A stretch of 41,033 nucleotides of DNA from a virus. Taxonomy: Duplodnaviria > Caudoviricetes. The notes under the pieces are model-generated. The model had not been told where the DNA came from, searched no databases, and worked only from the letters and a program-made list of their open reading frames with translations. This document shows positions 1 to 9,229 of the stretch, one piece after another. The stretch is taken from IMG/VR virus record IMGVR_UViG_3300032237_000768, positions 1 to 41,033 of that record. The stretch is one strand, 5' to 3'. Made by a program: the position numbers and the translations under genes. The number at the start of each line of letters is the position of its first letter. Positions within the stretch are counted from its first letter, which is position 1.

Positions 1-930
1 CCTCCAGGACAATCTGACACTGACTTAAACGAAGCTAAAGAAGGCGACGAAGAAGAAGATGTTGAAATCGACATCGAAAACATGTCTGAAGAAGATCTTA
101 AATCATTTATCGAAGGCGTTATCGCTGACATGGTTGCGGCTGGCGAATTAGAAGCTGGTCACGAAGGCATGGAAGATGAAGAAGGCGCTGAAGAAGAAGA
201 AGAAGTTTCTATCGATGAACTCATGCATGGTATAAATGAGGCTAAAAAAGCAACATTTACTGTTCCTGCAAATGACGCTGATGATTTAGATGATGAAGCT
301 AAATATTTCAAAAGTTTACTTAAAAAAGCTAAAATTGATGCTACAGTTAAAGCTGGAATTGGTGAACTAGAAATAACAGTAGATTCTTCTGACAAAGCAA
401 AAGCTAAAAAAGCAGTTGAAGATGCAGGTTATTCATTAGACGAAATTTTAGACGAAATGGGAAGTTACAAAGGTTCAGGCTACGATAAAGAAGCTAAAAA
501 CCAACCAATGAAAAACGACCATTACGAAAAAATGAAAGAAGAAATGGACGAAATGAAGAAAGAACTTGAAGAAGCTTATGAGGCTTTAAATAAAGTTAAA
601 TCTGAAATTAACGAAGTTAATCTTTTAAATTCTAAACTTCTTTACTTAAACAAAGTGTTTAAAGCTAAAAACTTAACTGAATCACAAAAAGTTAAAGTAT
701 TAGCTGCTTTTGACAAAGCAACAAGTAAAAAAGAAGCAAAATTAGTTTACGAAACAGTAATGGAAAGTTTAAATAACACAAACACAACAAAACGTCCAGT
801 AACTGAATCAGTAAGAGGTATGGCTTCTAAAGTTATAAGCGGTACTACTAATAATAGTACAAAACAACCAATTATTGAAGTTAATGCTGCTTTCGAAAGA
901 ATGCAAAAATTAGCTGGAATTAAAAAGTAA
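1..930 (+). CDS. Prohead scaffold/core protein (5' partial; frame is open from base 1)
   Basis: Frame 1 has no stop upstream of the ATG at 82 (PPGQSDTDLNEAKEGDEEE...). Very acidic, with a C-terminal coiled coil and many (L/I/V)xE sites. Lies directly upstream of the major capsid gene. Confidence 0.8.
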   Translation, partial: PPGQSDTDLNEAKEGDEEEDVEIDIENMSEEDLKSFIEGVIADMVAAGELEAGHEGMEDEEGAEEEEEVSIDELMHGINEAKKATFTVPANDADDLDDEAKYFKSLLKKAKIDATVKAGIGELEITVDSSDKAKAKKAVEDAGYSLDEILDEMGSYKGSGYDKEAKNQPMKNDHYEKMKEEMDEMKKELEEAYEALNKVKSEINEVNLLNSKLLYLNKVFKAKNLTESQKVKVLAAFDKATSKKEAKLVYETVMESLNNTNTTKRPVTESVRGMASKVISGTTNNSTKQPIIEVNAAFERMQKLAGIKK

Positions 931-967
931 ATTTAAACAATTAAAAAACAACTAAAAAACTAAAACG

Positions 968-2659
968 ATGAGTCAAATTCAATCATTATTAGAATCTGCT
1001 AACCCATACAAATCGTTACAAAGCGATGCAGCTAAATTAGCTGGCAAATGGGCAAAAACAGGCCTTTTAGAAGGCTTAGACGAGACAAACAGAAATAACA
1101 TGTCTCTTATGCTTGAAAACCAAGCAAAACAATTAGTAACCGAGGTATCATCAACTGGTACAGGTGCTTTCTTCACTCCAGGACAAGGTGAACAATGGGC
1201 TGGTATCGCTTTACCATTAGTACGTAAAGTGTTCGGTCAAATCGCATCTAAAGAATTCGTAAGCGTTCAACCAATGAACTTACCTTCTGGTCTTGTGTTC
1301 TTCTTAGATTTCCAATATGGAACTTCTAAAAATCCATTCACTGTGAATAGTTCAGTTTATGGTAACACTGGTTCTCAATATCCTTTCCAAACTGCAGACG
1401 CAGCTGGTGGTTTATATGGTGCTGGTCGTTTCACATATTCTACCAACCAATTCTCAGCTTCTATTTTAGTAACGGGTTCAAGTAATGGTGGTACATTACC
1501 AGTAGTAGGTGCAAGTACAGGTTCAGTAGTTACAGCATCTTTTGCTAACTTAAACTATGACTCAGCATACTCTTCTTCAGTAGCAGCTAACCAAATCTAT
1601 GCGATTACAGTTACTACAGCTTCTGTATTAACTAGCTTTGATCCAGATGCAGTTCGTGGTTTCGTATTAAGTGGTAGTGGTTTTACAGTTGCTAACAACT
1701 TACCAGCATTTACTACTTATAACTACACAGCAGGTACTATTACTTTCTACGTATCAGGTTCCACAACAGCATTCTCTGGTGCTCCAACCGGTACAGTTAC
1801 TATCTTCTACAACAAAGTTACAGACGATAACCGTCGTGGTGATTTTGAAGATTCTACAGCAACTACGTTCTCTATTCCGAATGCGCAAAGTGCAACTACT
1901 ATCGCTATTCCTGAGATCAACATCAGTATGCAATCACAAGAAATTACAGCTAAAACTAAAAAATTAAAAGCTGTATGGACTCCTGAGTTTGCACAAGATT
2001 TGAATGCTTACCAAAACATCGATGCTGAAGCTGAATTAACTAACATGTTAAGCGAGTACATCTCTATGGAGATTGATCTTGAAATCTTAGATATGTTAAT
2101 TGAAGATGCTGCAGCTGGTACTGAATATTGGTCAGCAATCAACAATAACGTTTATAGCAACGGTAGTTTCTCAACTAATACTTCTGCTTTCTATAACACT
2201 CAAGGACAATGGTTCCAAACTTTAGGAACAAAAATCCAAAAATTAAGCAACAGAATTCACCAATTAACTTTAAGAGGTGGTGCTAATTTCATGGTAATTT
2301 CTCCTACAGTAGCAACAATCATCGAATCTATCCCTGGATTTGCTTCTAACAACAATGGCGAAGCTGATCAAATGGAATATGCTTTCGGTGTACAAAAAGT
2401 TGGTAACTTCAATGGTCGTTACAAAGTTTACAAAAACCCTTACATGACTGAAAACACTATCTTATTAGGATACCGTGGTACTCAGTTCTTAGAAGCAGGT
2501 GCTGTATTCGCTCCGTACATTCCGTTGATTATGACTCCATTAGTGTACGATCCAAATACCTTCACTCCACGTAAAGGTTTATTAACTCGTTACGCTAAGA
2601 AAATGTTACGTCCTGAATTCTACGCTAAGATCTATGTTAATGGTTTAAATACCCTTTAA
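968..2659 (+). CDS. Major capsid protein, T4 Gp23-like
   Basis: Motifs KWAKTGLLEG, MLENQAKQL, LPLVRKVF, VSVQPMNLPSGLVFFLDF, AKTKKLKAVWTPEFAQDLNAY, FAPYIPL and FTPRKGLLTRYA are typical of Gp23-type capsid proteins. Confidence 0.93.
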   Translation: MSQIQSLLESANPYKSLQSDAAKLAGKWAKTGLLEGLDETNRNNMSLMLENQAKQLVTEVSSTGTGAFFTPGQGEQWAGIALPLVRKVFGQIASKEFVSVQPMNLPSGLVFFLDFQYGTSKNPFTVNSSVYGNTGSQYPFQTADAAGGLYGAGRFTYSTNQFSASILVTGSSNGGTLPVVGASTGSVVTASFANLNYDSAYSSSVAANQIYAITVTTASVLTSFDPDAVRGFVLSGSGFTVANNLPAFTTYNYTAGTITFYVSGSTTAFSGAPTGTVTIFYNKVTDDNRRGDFEDSTATTFSIPNAQSATTIAIPEINISMQSQEITAKTKKLKAVWTPEFAQDLNAYQNIDAEAELTNMLSEYISMEIDLEILDMLIEDAAAGTEYWSAINNNVYSNGSFSTNTSAFYNTQGQWFQTLGTKIQKLSNRIHQLTLRGGANFMVISPTVATIIESIPGFASNNNGEADQMEYAFGVQKVGNFNGRYKVYKNPYMTENTILLGYRGTQFLEAGAVFAPYIPLIMTPLVYDPNTFTPRKGLLTRYAKKMLRPEFYAKIYVNGLNTL

Positions 2660-2684
2660 TCTAGAATAGAATAGATAAATAAAG

Positions 2685-2709
2685 ACCCGGGCTTTTGCCC
2701 GGGTTTTTT
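2685..2709 (+). terminator. Rho-independent terminator after the major capsid gene
   Basis: ACCCGGGC-TTTT-GCCCGGGT hairpin followed by a T run. Confidence 0.88.
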
Positions 2710-2722
2710 ATTTTAATTTTAA

Positions 2723-2730
2723 TATTTATA
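2723..2730 (+). promoter_or_regulatory. TATTTATA putative late promoter motif
   Basis: Recurrent motif; lies upstream of the ATG at 2752, just after a terminator. Confidence 0.65.
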
Positions 2731-2751
2731 CGAAACAAACGTTATAACAAT

Positions 2752-3411
2752 ATGCAAAAACCAAATAGGGAACGCAAAGGTGAAATAAAGGCAATTAGTA
2801 ATGTTCAATTAAACGAAGAACAAAAAGAGGCAAAACGGTTAATAATAGAAAATCAAATTGTTATAATAACAGGTAGAGCAGGTTCAGGTAAATCATTGGT
2901 AGGAGCACAAGCCGGTCTAGAATTTTTATTAAAAAAACAAATTTCCCATCTATTTGTAACACGAGCAACAATTGAAGTAGGTAAAACATTAGGATATTTA
3001 CCCGGCGATTTAGGTGATAAATTTAATCCATACATTGAAGCATTGCAAGAAAATCTAGCTAAGTGTTATGATCCCGTTAAAGTTGATGAACTAATAACTA
3101 ACGGTAAAATTAAAGCATTACCCATCCAATTTATTAGGGGTAAAACAGTAGACGATGTTTTAATTGTAGAAGAAGCACAAAATATAACTAAACATGAAAT
3201 GTTAGCTATTCTTACACGTTTAGGTAAAACCGGTAAAATTATAATAAACGGTGATTTAGAACAAAGCGATATTAAAACCGGTGAAGCTAATGGATTAGCA
3301 TATGCTATTGAATTATCTAAAAAAATAGATGATATTAAGTGGATTAAACTTAAAGAAAATCATCGTTCAGATTTAGTAGGAAAAATACTAGACTACGAAT
3401 ATAACAAATAA
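2752..3411 (+). CDS. phoH: PhoH-like ATPase (likely start is 2752, not 2695)
   Basis: Walker A GRAGSGKS, plus LGYLPGDL, FIRGKT, IVEEAQN, LTRLG, GDLEQSD and HRS motifs. The 2695 start lies inside the terminator hairpin. Confidence 0.92.
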   Translation: MQKPNRERKGEIKAISNVQLNEEQKEAKRLIIENQIVIITGRAGSGKSLVGAQAGLEFLLKKQISHLFVTRATIEVGKTLGYLPGDLGDKFNPYIEALQENLAKCYDPVKVDELITNGKIKALPIQFIRGKTVDDVLIVEEAQNITKHEMLAILTRLGKTGKIIINGDLEQSDIKTGEANGLAYAIELSKKIDDIKWIKLKENHRSDLVGKILDYEYNK

Positions 3412-3429
3412 TTTACATATTTATTTTAC

Positions 3430-3457
3430 AGGGGCTCTGAATTAGGGTCCCTTTTTT
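3430..3457 (+). terminator. Probable intrinsic terminator after phoH
   Basis: AGGGGCTCT-GAATT-AGGGTCCCT stem with two G-U pairs, followed by a T run. Confidence 0.65.
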
Positions 3458-3477
3458 AATATTTATGAATAAAACCA

Positions 3478-3909
3478 ATGGCGGATTTTAATTTACAAAT
3501 ATTAGAAAAAATAACAATAAATAGTGTTGTTAGAGATGTATATACAACTCAAACAATTTCTGGTATAAATTTTATTGACAATAGAATATTATCAGCTCCT
3601 TCTGGATCTACTACTACAATATTTTCATTTGGTGGTACTAATAGTGCAGGAACTTTTGTTACAAGTAGCTTTCAATATGGTCGAGTAACTAATCAATCTA
3701 ACACTATTCCTATAAAACTTATTGTTTCATCATCAAATGAAGCTATGAGTTATTTAGTAAATCCTGCAAGTACATTTATGTTAACTACTACTAAAATGAC
3801 AGGTAGTACATCAGCTGTATCAATGTCTTTTAACGATATCGTATCATTAAAAGTAATTCCATCAGGAAGTGGAAATGTTAATGTAGAATATTTTATAGCA
3901 ACAACTTAA
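3478..3909 (+). CDS. Hypothetical virion protein, beta-rich and Ser/Thr-rich
   Basis: 143 aa ORF in the head cluster, with TATTTATG at 3460 upstream. Confidence 0.6.
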   Translation: MADFNLQILEKITINSVVRDVYTTQTISGINFIDNRILSAPSGSTTTIFSFGGTNSAGTFVTSSFQYGRVTNQSNTIPIKLIVSSSNEAMSYLVNPASTFMLTTTKMTGSTSAVSMSFNDIVSLKVIPSGSGNVNVEYFIATT

Positions 3910-3915
3910 TAAAAT

Positions 3916-5061
3916 ATGAATATACCTATTTATAATGGCGTATCTGATTTCCAACCAGGAGATACTCCTTTTGGATTTTATGACTATGATCCTCAATTTC
4001 AAACAGATGCTAATAAGGTAACTAAATTTTGTGCTCAACGTTTAGGTTATCCTATTATGGATGTTGAGTTACAAAATATAAATTTTTATACAGCTTTTGA
4101 AGAAGCCGTTACAACTTATGGTAATGAACTTTACGCATTTAAGGTTAGAGATAACATGCTTTCATTTGAAGGACTACCTACGGCGTCTAATTTAAATCAA
4201 GCGCTTATTACGCCTTCATTTGCCACTGTTGTGCGTATGTCTCAACAATATGCTGAAGAAGCAGGTACTGGTGGTAATGTAACTTGGTATAGTGGTTCTA
4301 TCCAATTACAACCCGGAGTTCAAGACTATGATCTATCAGCTTGGGCAATTTCTCAAAGTATAACAGGTGGTATTGAAATTAAAAGAGTATTTTATTACCC
4401 ACCACCAGCAATTAATCAAATGTATAGTCCTCTTACTTACGGAGGTTTAGGTGGTGTTCCTGCAGTTGGTACTTATGGTTTAGGTTTTGGACCTACAGGT
4501 TATCTTATGGTACCTACAAGTTTAACAATTCAAACAGCTCAGGCTATTGAAATGCAAAATCAGGTTACATTAGCAAATTATACTTTTGAATTAATAAATA
4601 ATAAACTAAGAGTATTTCCAATGCCTGGCTTTGGAAATGTTTATGGTTACATGTCTATCGAATATATTAAAGATGAAGATAGAATAAATAGTGCTGTTAC
4701 TCAAGCACCATACCAAGTTACAAATGAATCAAATGTAAATTTTCAAAACCCAACATACTCATATATTAACTCTATTGGTCGACAGTGGATATTTGAATAT
4801 ACTTTAGCTTTATCTAAAGAAATGTTAGGATACGTTAGGGGAAAATATGGTTCAAATATTCCTATACCAGGAGAAGAAGTAACTTTAAATCAGGAAGCTT
4901 TAATAACAGCCGCAACCTCAGAAAAAGAAGCATTAGTTACAAGACTAAGAGAATATTTTGATCAAACATCAAAACAATCTTTACTTGAAAGAAGAGTAGC
5001 AGAATCTGATGCTAGAGTAAAAGAAATTAATTATTCACCAATGACAATTTTTATAGGATAA
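3916..5061 (+). CDS. Neck/head-tail adaptor protein (T4 Gp13-like)
   Basis: RLGYPIMDVEL, WIFEYTLALSKEMLGYVRGKY and IPIPG motifs; located after the capsid gene. Confidence 0.72.
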   Translation: MNIPIYNGVSDFQPGDTPFGFYDYDPQFQTDANKVTKFCAQRLGYPIMDVELQNINFYTAFEEAVTTYGNELYAFKVRDNMLSFEGLPTASNLNQALITPSFATVVRMSQQYAEEAGTGGNVTWYSGSIQLQPGVQDYDLSAWAISQSITGGIEIKRVFYYPPPAINQMYSPLTYGGLGGVPAVGTYGLGFGPTGYLMVPTSLTIQTAQAIEMQNQVTLANYTFELINNKLRVFPMPGFGNVYGYMSIEYIKDEDRINSAVTQAPYQVTNESNVNFQNPTYSYINSIGRQWIFEYTLALSKEMLGYVRGKYGSNIPIPGEEVTLNQEALITAATSEKEALVTRLREYFDQTSKQSLLERRVAESDARVKEINYSPMTIFIG

Positions 5062-5062
5062 T

Positions 5063-5572
5063 ATGGCTATATTTGGTTCAGCTCGTGATGTTAGCATGAT
5101 TAGAAAAGTTAATAGAGAATTAATGGGTAACGTTATTTCTCAAGAGTGTGTTTTTTATAAAGTAAACGAATCTCAAACTTTAGTTAACATGTATGGTGAA
5201 CAGCAAGGTGGAAGATATTTTTCACCACCAGTCATATTTAACTGTTTAATTGAAGTAGGAGATCAAACCGCACCAACCGGTGATGGACTAGTAGGATTTG
5301 ATTGGCCTCTTACTTTTAGATTTTTAAGAGACGATTTAGTAGATGCTAATTTAGTTCCCGCTATTGGAGACTTTATCATGTATCAAAATGCATATTGGGA
5401 AGTAGATAATGAAAATATGACTCACTTCTTCGTAGGTAAAGATCCTGACTATCCTTATAATACTAACCCATTAAATCCAGGATTAGAATTCTTTGGTTAC
5501 AATGTTGATGTTATTTGTCAATGTCACTATGTACCACAAGATCGTATTAACATTGTAAACGCTAGATACTAA
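5063..5572 (+). CDS. Head closure/neck protein (T4 Gp14-like)
   Basis: Follows the adaptor gene; contains NMYGE and PAIGDFIMY..YWEVD motifs. Confidence 0.6.
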   Translation: MAIFGSARDVSMIRKVNRELMGNVISQECVFYKVNESQTLVNMYGEQQGGRYFSPPVIFNCLIEVGDQTAPTGDGLVGFDWPLTFRFLRDDLVDANLVPAIGDFIMYQNAYWEVDNENMTHFFVGKDPDYPYNTNPLNPGLEFFGYNVDVICQCHYVPQDRINIVNARY

Positions 5573-6513
5573 TGGCAACTAAAGGAAGAACTCCCATACC
5601 TAAAACCCAAAGAGAGATAAGTGTATCTCAACATACCGCTACTGATCCTCAAATGGGCAATCCTAATTTGGATTTTGCATCCGTTAATAATAATAGAGCT
5701 TTAAATACCTCATTTAAAGGAGATACAGTAAAACCTTTTAGTGTTGGTATCCAAGATATAGATGAAGCTATTTTATATTACTTTGTAGAAGTAATTCAAC
5801 CATTTGTAATTCAAAATGGCCAAAGACTATCAGTACCTGTATTATATGCATCTCCGGAAAAATGGAAATCAATGCAAAAAGATGGATATTATAGAGATGC
5901 TAAAGGTGCTCCTATGTATCCTTTAATTGTATTTAAAAGAGATAGTATAACTAGAGATAGAACAATTGCTAATAAATTAGATGCTAATAATCCAAATTTA
6001 TTTCAAGTATTTACTAAAAAATATTCTACAAAAGACGCTTACTCTAATTTTCACGTACTAAATAATAGAACACCTCAAAAAACGTATTATGCGGCTATTA
6101 TGCCCGATTATGTTACTATAGAATATAGTTGTACTGTATTTACTTATTATATAGAACAATTAAATAAAATTGTAGAAGCAATTAACTATGCTTCCGATGC
6201 TTATTGGGGAGATCCTCAACGTTTTAAATTCCAAGCTCGTATTGATTCATTTAATACAGTTAGTGAATTAGCAGATAATGCTGAAAGATCAGTTAAAAGT
6301 ACATTTACTATAAAATTACATGGTTATTTGGTACCAAACGTGCTACAAAAAGATATGCATGCTATTAAGAAATTTACAGATAAAACTAAAGTAATATTCT
6401 CTTTAGAAGTATCATCAAACGAAGCTATTCTTAAAGGTGAAATTACAGCAGATGGTAGTGCATTAACACCAACACAAAAAGCAGCTCAGAGAAAAGCAAC
6501 AATTGTAACATAA
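5572..6513 (+). CDS. Tail completion/terminator protein (T4 Gp15-like)
   Basis: VPVLYASPEKW, PLIVFKR and PDYVTIEY motifs; third gene of the neck cluster; TAATG stop/start overlap. Confidence 0.62.
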   Translation: MATKGRTPIPKTQREISVSQHTATDPQMGNPNLDFASVNNNRALNTSFKGDTVKPFSVGIQDIDEAILYYFVEVIQPFVIQNGQRLSVPVLYASPEKWKSMQKDGYYRDAKGAPMYPLIVFKRDSITRDRTIANKLDANNPNLFQVFTKKYSTKDAYSNFHVLNNRTPQKTYYAAIMPDYVTIEYSCTVFTYYIEQLNKIVEAINYASDAYWGDPQRFKFQARIDSFNTVSELADNAERSVKSTFTIKLHGYLVPNVLQKDMHAIKKFTDKTKVIFSLEVSSNEAILKGEITADGSALTPTQKAAQRKATIVT

Positions 6514-6528
6514 CAAATTAAGTTTTAA

Positions 6529-6536
6529 TATTTATA
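6529..6536 (+). promoter_or_regulatory. TATTTATA putative late promoter motif
   Basis: Recurrent motif upstream of the ATG at 6564. Confidence 0.65.
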
Positions 6537-6563
6537 ATAAAATAAAAAATTTTTAAATAAGTA

Positions 6564-9218
6564 ATGGCTAGAGTTAGATTTTTAGACCAAGTCCCGGTTG
6601 GAGTATATACGGTAGATGGAGGAGGAGGAACAGGTAGTGGTTCTGCCGGAACATCAGGCTCTACAGGGACATCAGGCTCAAGTGGTTTTGCAGGAACTAG
6701 TGGTAGCTCAGGTTTATCAGGAACCTCCGGCTCTTCAGGTTTATCAGGTACATCAGGTACATCAGGTACATCCGGCACAACCGGAACTTCTGGTTCATCT
6801 GGTACTTCTGGAAGTAGTGGAACTTCAGGCTCATCAGGATTAAGTGGAACTTCAGGCTCAAGTGGTTTAGCAGGAACTAGTGGTAGTTCAGGATTTACTC
6901 AAAATACAGGTTCTTTATTAGTTACAGCATCAGCAGCAGGTAATACAATTACCTTTACTAAAGGAGATGCTTCAACTTTTAATGTTACTGTAGCTACTGG
7001 CTCTACATCAACAGGTATTTTTACTCAATCTGGATCTTCAGATATATATTTTACTACTTCTTCTTTAAGAGTTACAGGAAGTACATTACAAGCAGCAGGA
7101 CAAGCACCTATAACATCTACTGCTTCTCAAGTAGCAGGTAATAACTATGCTTTTGTAGTAAGCCAATCAGGATGGTTTTATAATGTTAACGCTGGAGTAC
7201 CAACATCAAATGCTTGGGGAAGTAATTTAAATGGTTCTTATTTTAATAATTTTACAAGTAATACAGATGTTTCTGAAATTTTAAGATTTGTAGCAGGATT
7301 ATTAAGTGCATCAGCACCCGATGCTTCTCCAAATACAAGAACTTATAGTACTACTCTTACAGAAAATCAATTAAATAACGGAACAACAGCTTCTCCTTCT
7401 GGCTTTGTACCTCAATCATCAACAAATACAGATGTTAATTATTTAACATTTAGAGGATTTGCACCTACTGGTTCTGCTTTATTTGCGGGTAAAACTATAT
7501 ATAGTAACTCAGCATTTTCAGCAAACTATTCAAGTATAGCTGCAGGTTCTACTACTATATCATCTTCAGCAAATGCTCAATTATTTGGTTTAGGATCTTT
7601 AACAAGTGGAGGTCCAACACAATTTAATGTATCTGGAACTATTAACTGGTTTTACTCAGATAATAATAATGAAACTAGTACTGCTACTTCACAATCAGAA
7701 AATTTATTATCTCAAGCATCGTTTGCATCAACAAACGGTTTAACATTAGCTAAAATTAATACCTCTAATCCGTCTGTAATTCCTGCAGCTTATCAAGATG
7801 GTTTATTTACTAATGTTTATACTTCAAGTTTATATAATGGTGGTAGATCATTTACTAGTGTAAGTTCTTCAGGTTGGTATCATATTAGTTCTTCTATAAA
7901 AATATCTTCAGGTAGTTCAGCATATAGTACTCCTGCTACAGATAAATTAAGAATATTTTATTCACCAATAGGAAGTTTAACAATTCCAAATAATACTTTA
8001 GCTTTAGGATATGCTGGGAATAATCCAACAACAGCAACTTCACGTTCATTATCCGGAGCTCCTTATTTGCTAACAGCTACTTGGGATATTTCATCTTCAG
8101 TAACAGGATTATTTAATCCTTTATATTACACATCATCAACAATAGCAGATTTTAACGAATCCGACGCTTTAATAACATTATCAGGAACAACAGCGGCTTC
8201 AACCGCAACGGGTACTGTACAAACAGCAAATGCTGTTTATGATTCAACCGGTACAACTGCTAGAGCAATTGGTGTTATACCTTTTGAAACTGATATAGTG
8301 AAACTTACAGGTTCATCAACATTTAATGCTGGTGCCGCTGGAGCTACTAATATTACTGTTAACTCAGTAACACCAACAACATATTCTTTATTAACAAGAG
8401 GTATAAATAAAAATGGTACTCAATCTACTGTAAATACTCAAACAATATCTTATTTTACCGCGGGTACTTTTTCACAACCTGCAAGTTCGGGTTCAATGGC
8501 TTATTATGGTAGAGCCCAAGGATATGATGGAGGTTCATTAACCGGTACTACAGAACAATTTACTGGAGAAACATATAGACTTCAAATAACAAACTCTATA
8601 TTATCGGGATCATATGCTAATGGTACTAAATTTACTACAGGTTCATATTCAGTCTATACTTTAGGAGCCTTAGATTTGCAAGTAAAACCAGGATATTTAG
8701 TTAAACCATCTGGTTCTACAGCTAATGGATATTGGTTAGCAAATCCAAGTGAAGCTCAAACATACAAATATTATGCTAGAGCATTTCAAACAAATGGAAC
8801 TGTTTATAGTGCAATGACTATAAATGTAGGACAAACATTAACTTCATGGACCGGTTCAGCCAACAATGCTGTTTCTGTTTTAGTTATGTTTTCTTCTTCT
8901 GTAGCTGGTACTGCTATTCCTAGTGGTGGTGGTGCTACATTACCTAGAGCGGTTTTATTTGATCCAAGTGCATTATCTACTTTATCAATAGCAACTAACC
9001 AAGCTCAAGATAATTTTTTAAATCCTTTTTCTTCTTCAATTGATATAAAAGGAAATAACCAAGGAGGTTCAGGTCTTGTGGGAACTACATATACTATTCC
9101 TCTTACTGATACTCTTAATCAAATATTATCATCTGTTTATAAAGATTTAATAGTTATGGTACGATATAACGGCCAACCAGCCACTCCAGTTTCAACAATA
9201 ACCGTAGGATTTAGTTAA
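6564..9218 (+). CDS. Virion fibre/surface protein with a short N-terminal Gly-X-X (GTSGSS) repeat and a large Ser/Thr-rich beta domain
   Basis: 884 aa; roughly 90 aa of GTS/GSS/GLS triplets near the N-terminus. Confidence 0.65.
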   Translation: MARVRFLDQVPVGVYTVDGGGGTGSGSAGTSGSTGTSGSSGFAGTSGSSGLSGTSGSSGLSGTSGTSGTSGTTGTSGSSGTSGSSGTSGSSGLSGTSGSSGLAGTSGSSGFTQNTGSLLVTASAAGNTITFTKGDASTFNVTVATGSTSTGIFTQSGSSDIYFTTSSLRVTGSTLQAAGQAPITSTASQVAGNNYAFVVSQSGWFYNVNAGVPTSNAWGSNLNGSYFNNFTSNTDVSEILRFVAGLLSASAPDASPNTRTYSTTLTENQLNNGTTASPSGFVPQSSTNTDVNYLTFRGFAPTGSALFAGKTIYSNSAFSANYSSIAAGSTTISSSANAQLFGLGSLTSGGPTQFNVSGTINWFYSDNNNETSTATSQSENLLSQASFASTNGLTLAKINTSNPSVIPAAYQDGLFTNVYTSSLYNGGRSFTSVSSSGWYHISSSIKISSGSSAYSTPATDKLRIFYSPIGSLTIPNNTLALGYAGNNPTTATSRSLSGAPYLLTATWDISSSVTGLFNPLYYTSSTIADFNESDALITLSGTTAASTATGTVQTANAVYDSTGTTARAIGVIPFETDIVKLTGSSTFNAGAAGATNITVNSVTPTTYSLLTRGINKNGTQSTVNTQTISYFTAGTFSQPASSGSMAYYGRAQGYDGGSLTGTTEQFTGETYRLQITNSILSGSYANGTKFTTGSYSVYTLGALDLQVKPGYLVKPSGSTANGYWLANPSEAQTYKYYARAFQTNGTVYSAMTINVGQTLTSWTGSANNAVSVLVMFSSSVAGTAIPSGGGATLPRAVLFDPSALSTLSIATNQAQDNFLNPFSSSIDIKGNNQGGSGLVGTTYTIPLTDTLNQILSSVYKDLIVMVRYNGQPATPVSTITVGFS
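6618..6896 (+). repeat. Coding Gly-X-X repeat (GTS/GSS/GLS)
   Basis: Seen directly in the translation; boundaries approximate. Confidence 0.85.
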
Positions 9219-9229
9219 AGATAACATAA

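Noticed and set aside
2695-2751. N-terminal hydrophobic extension of PhoH
   Set aside because: It comes from a non-ATG start inside the terminator hairpin and T-rich intergenic DNA; ATG 2752 follows the promoter motif.
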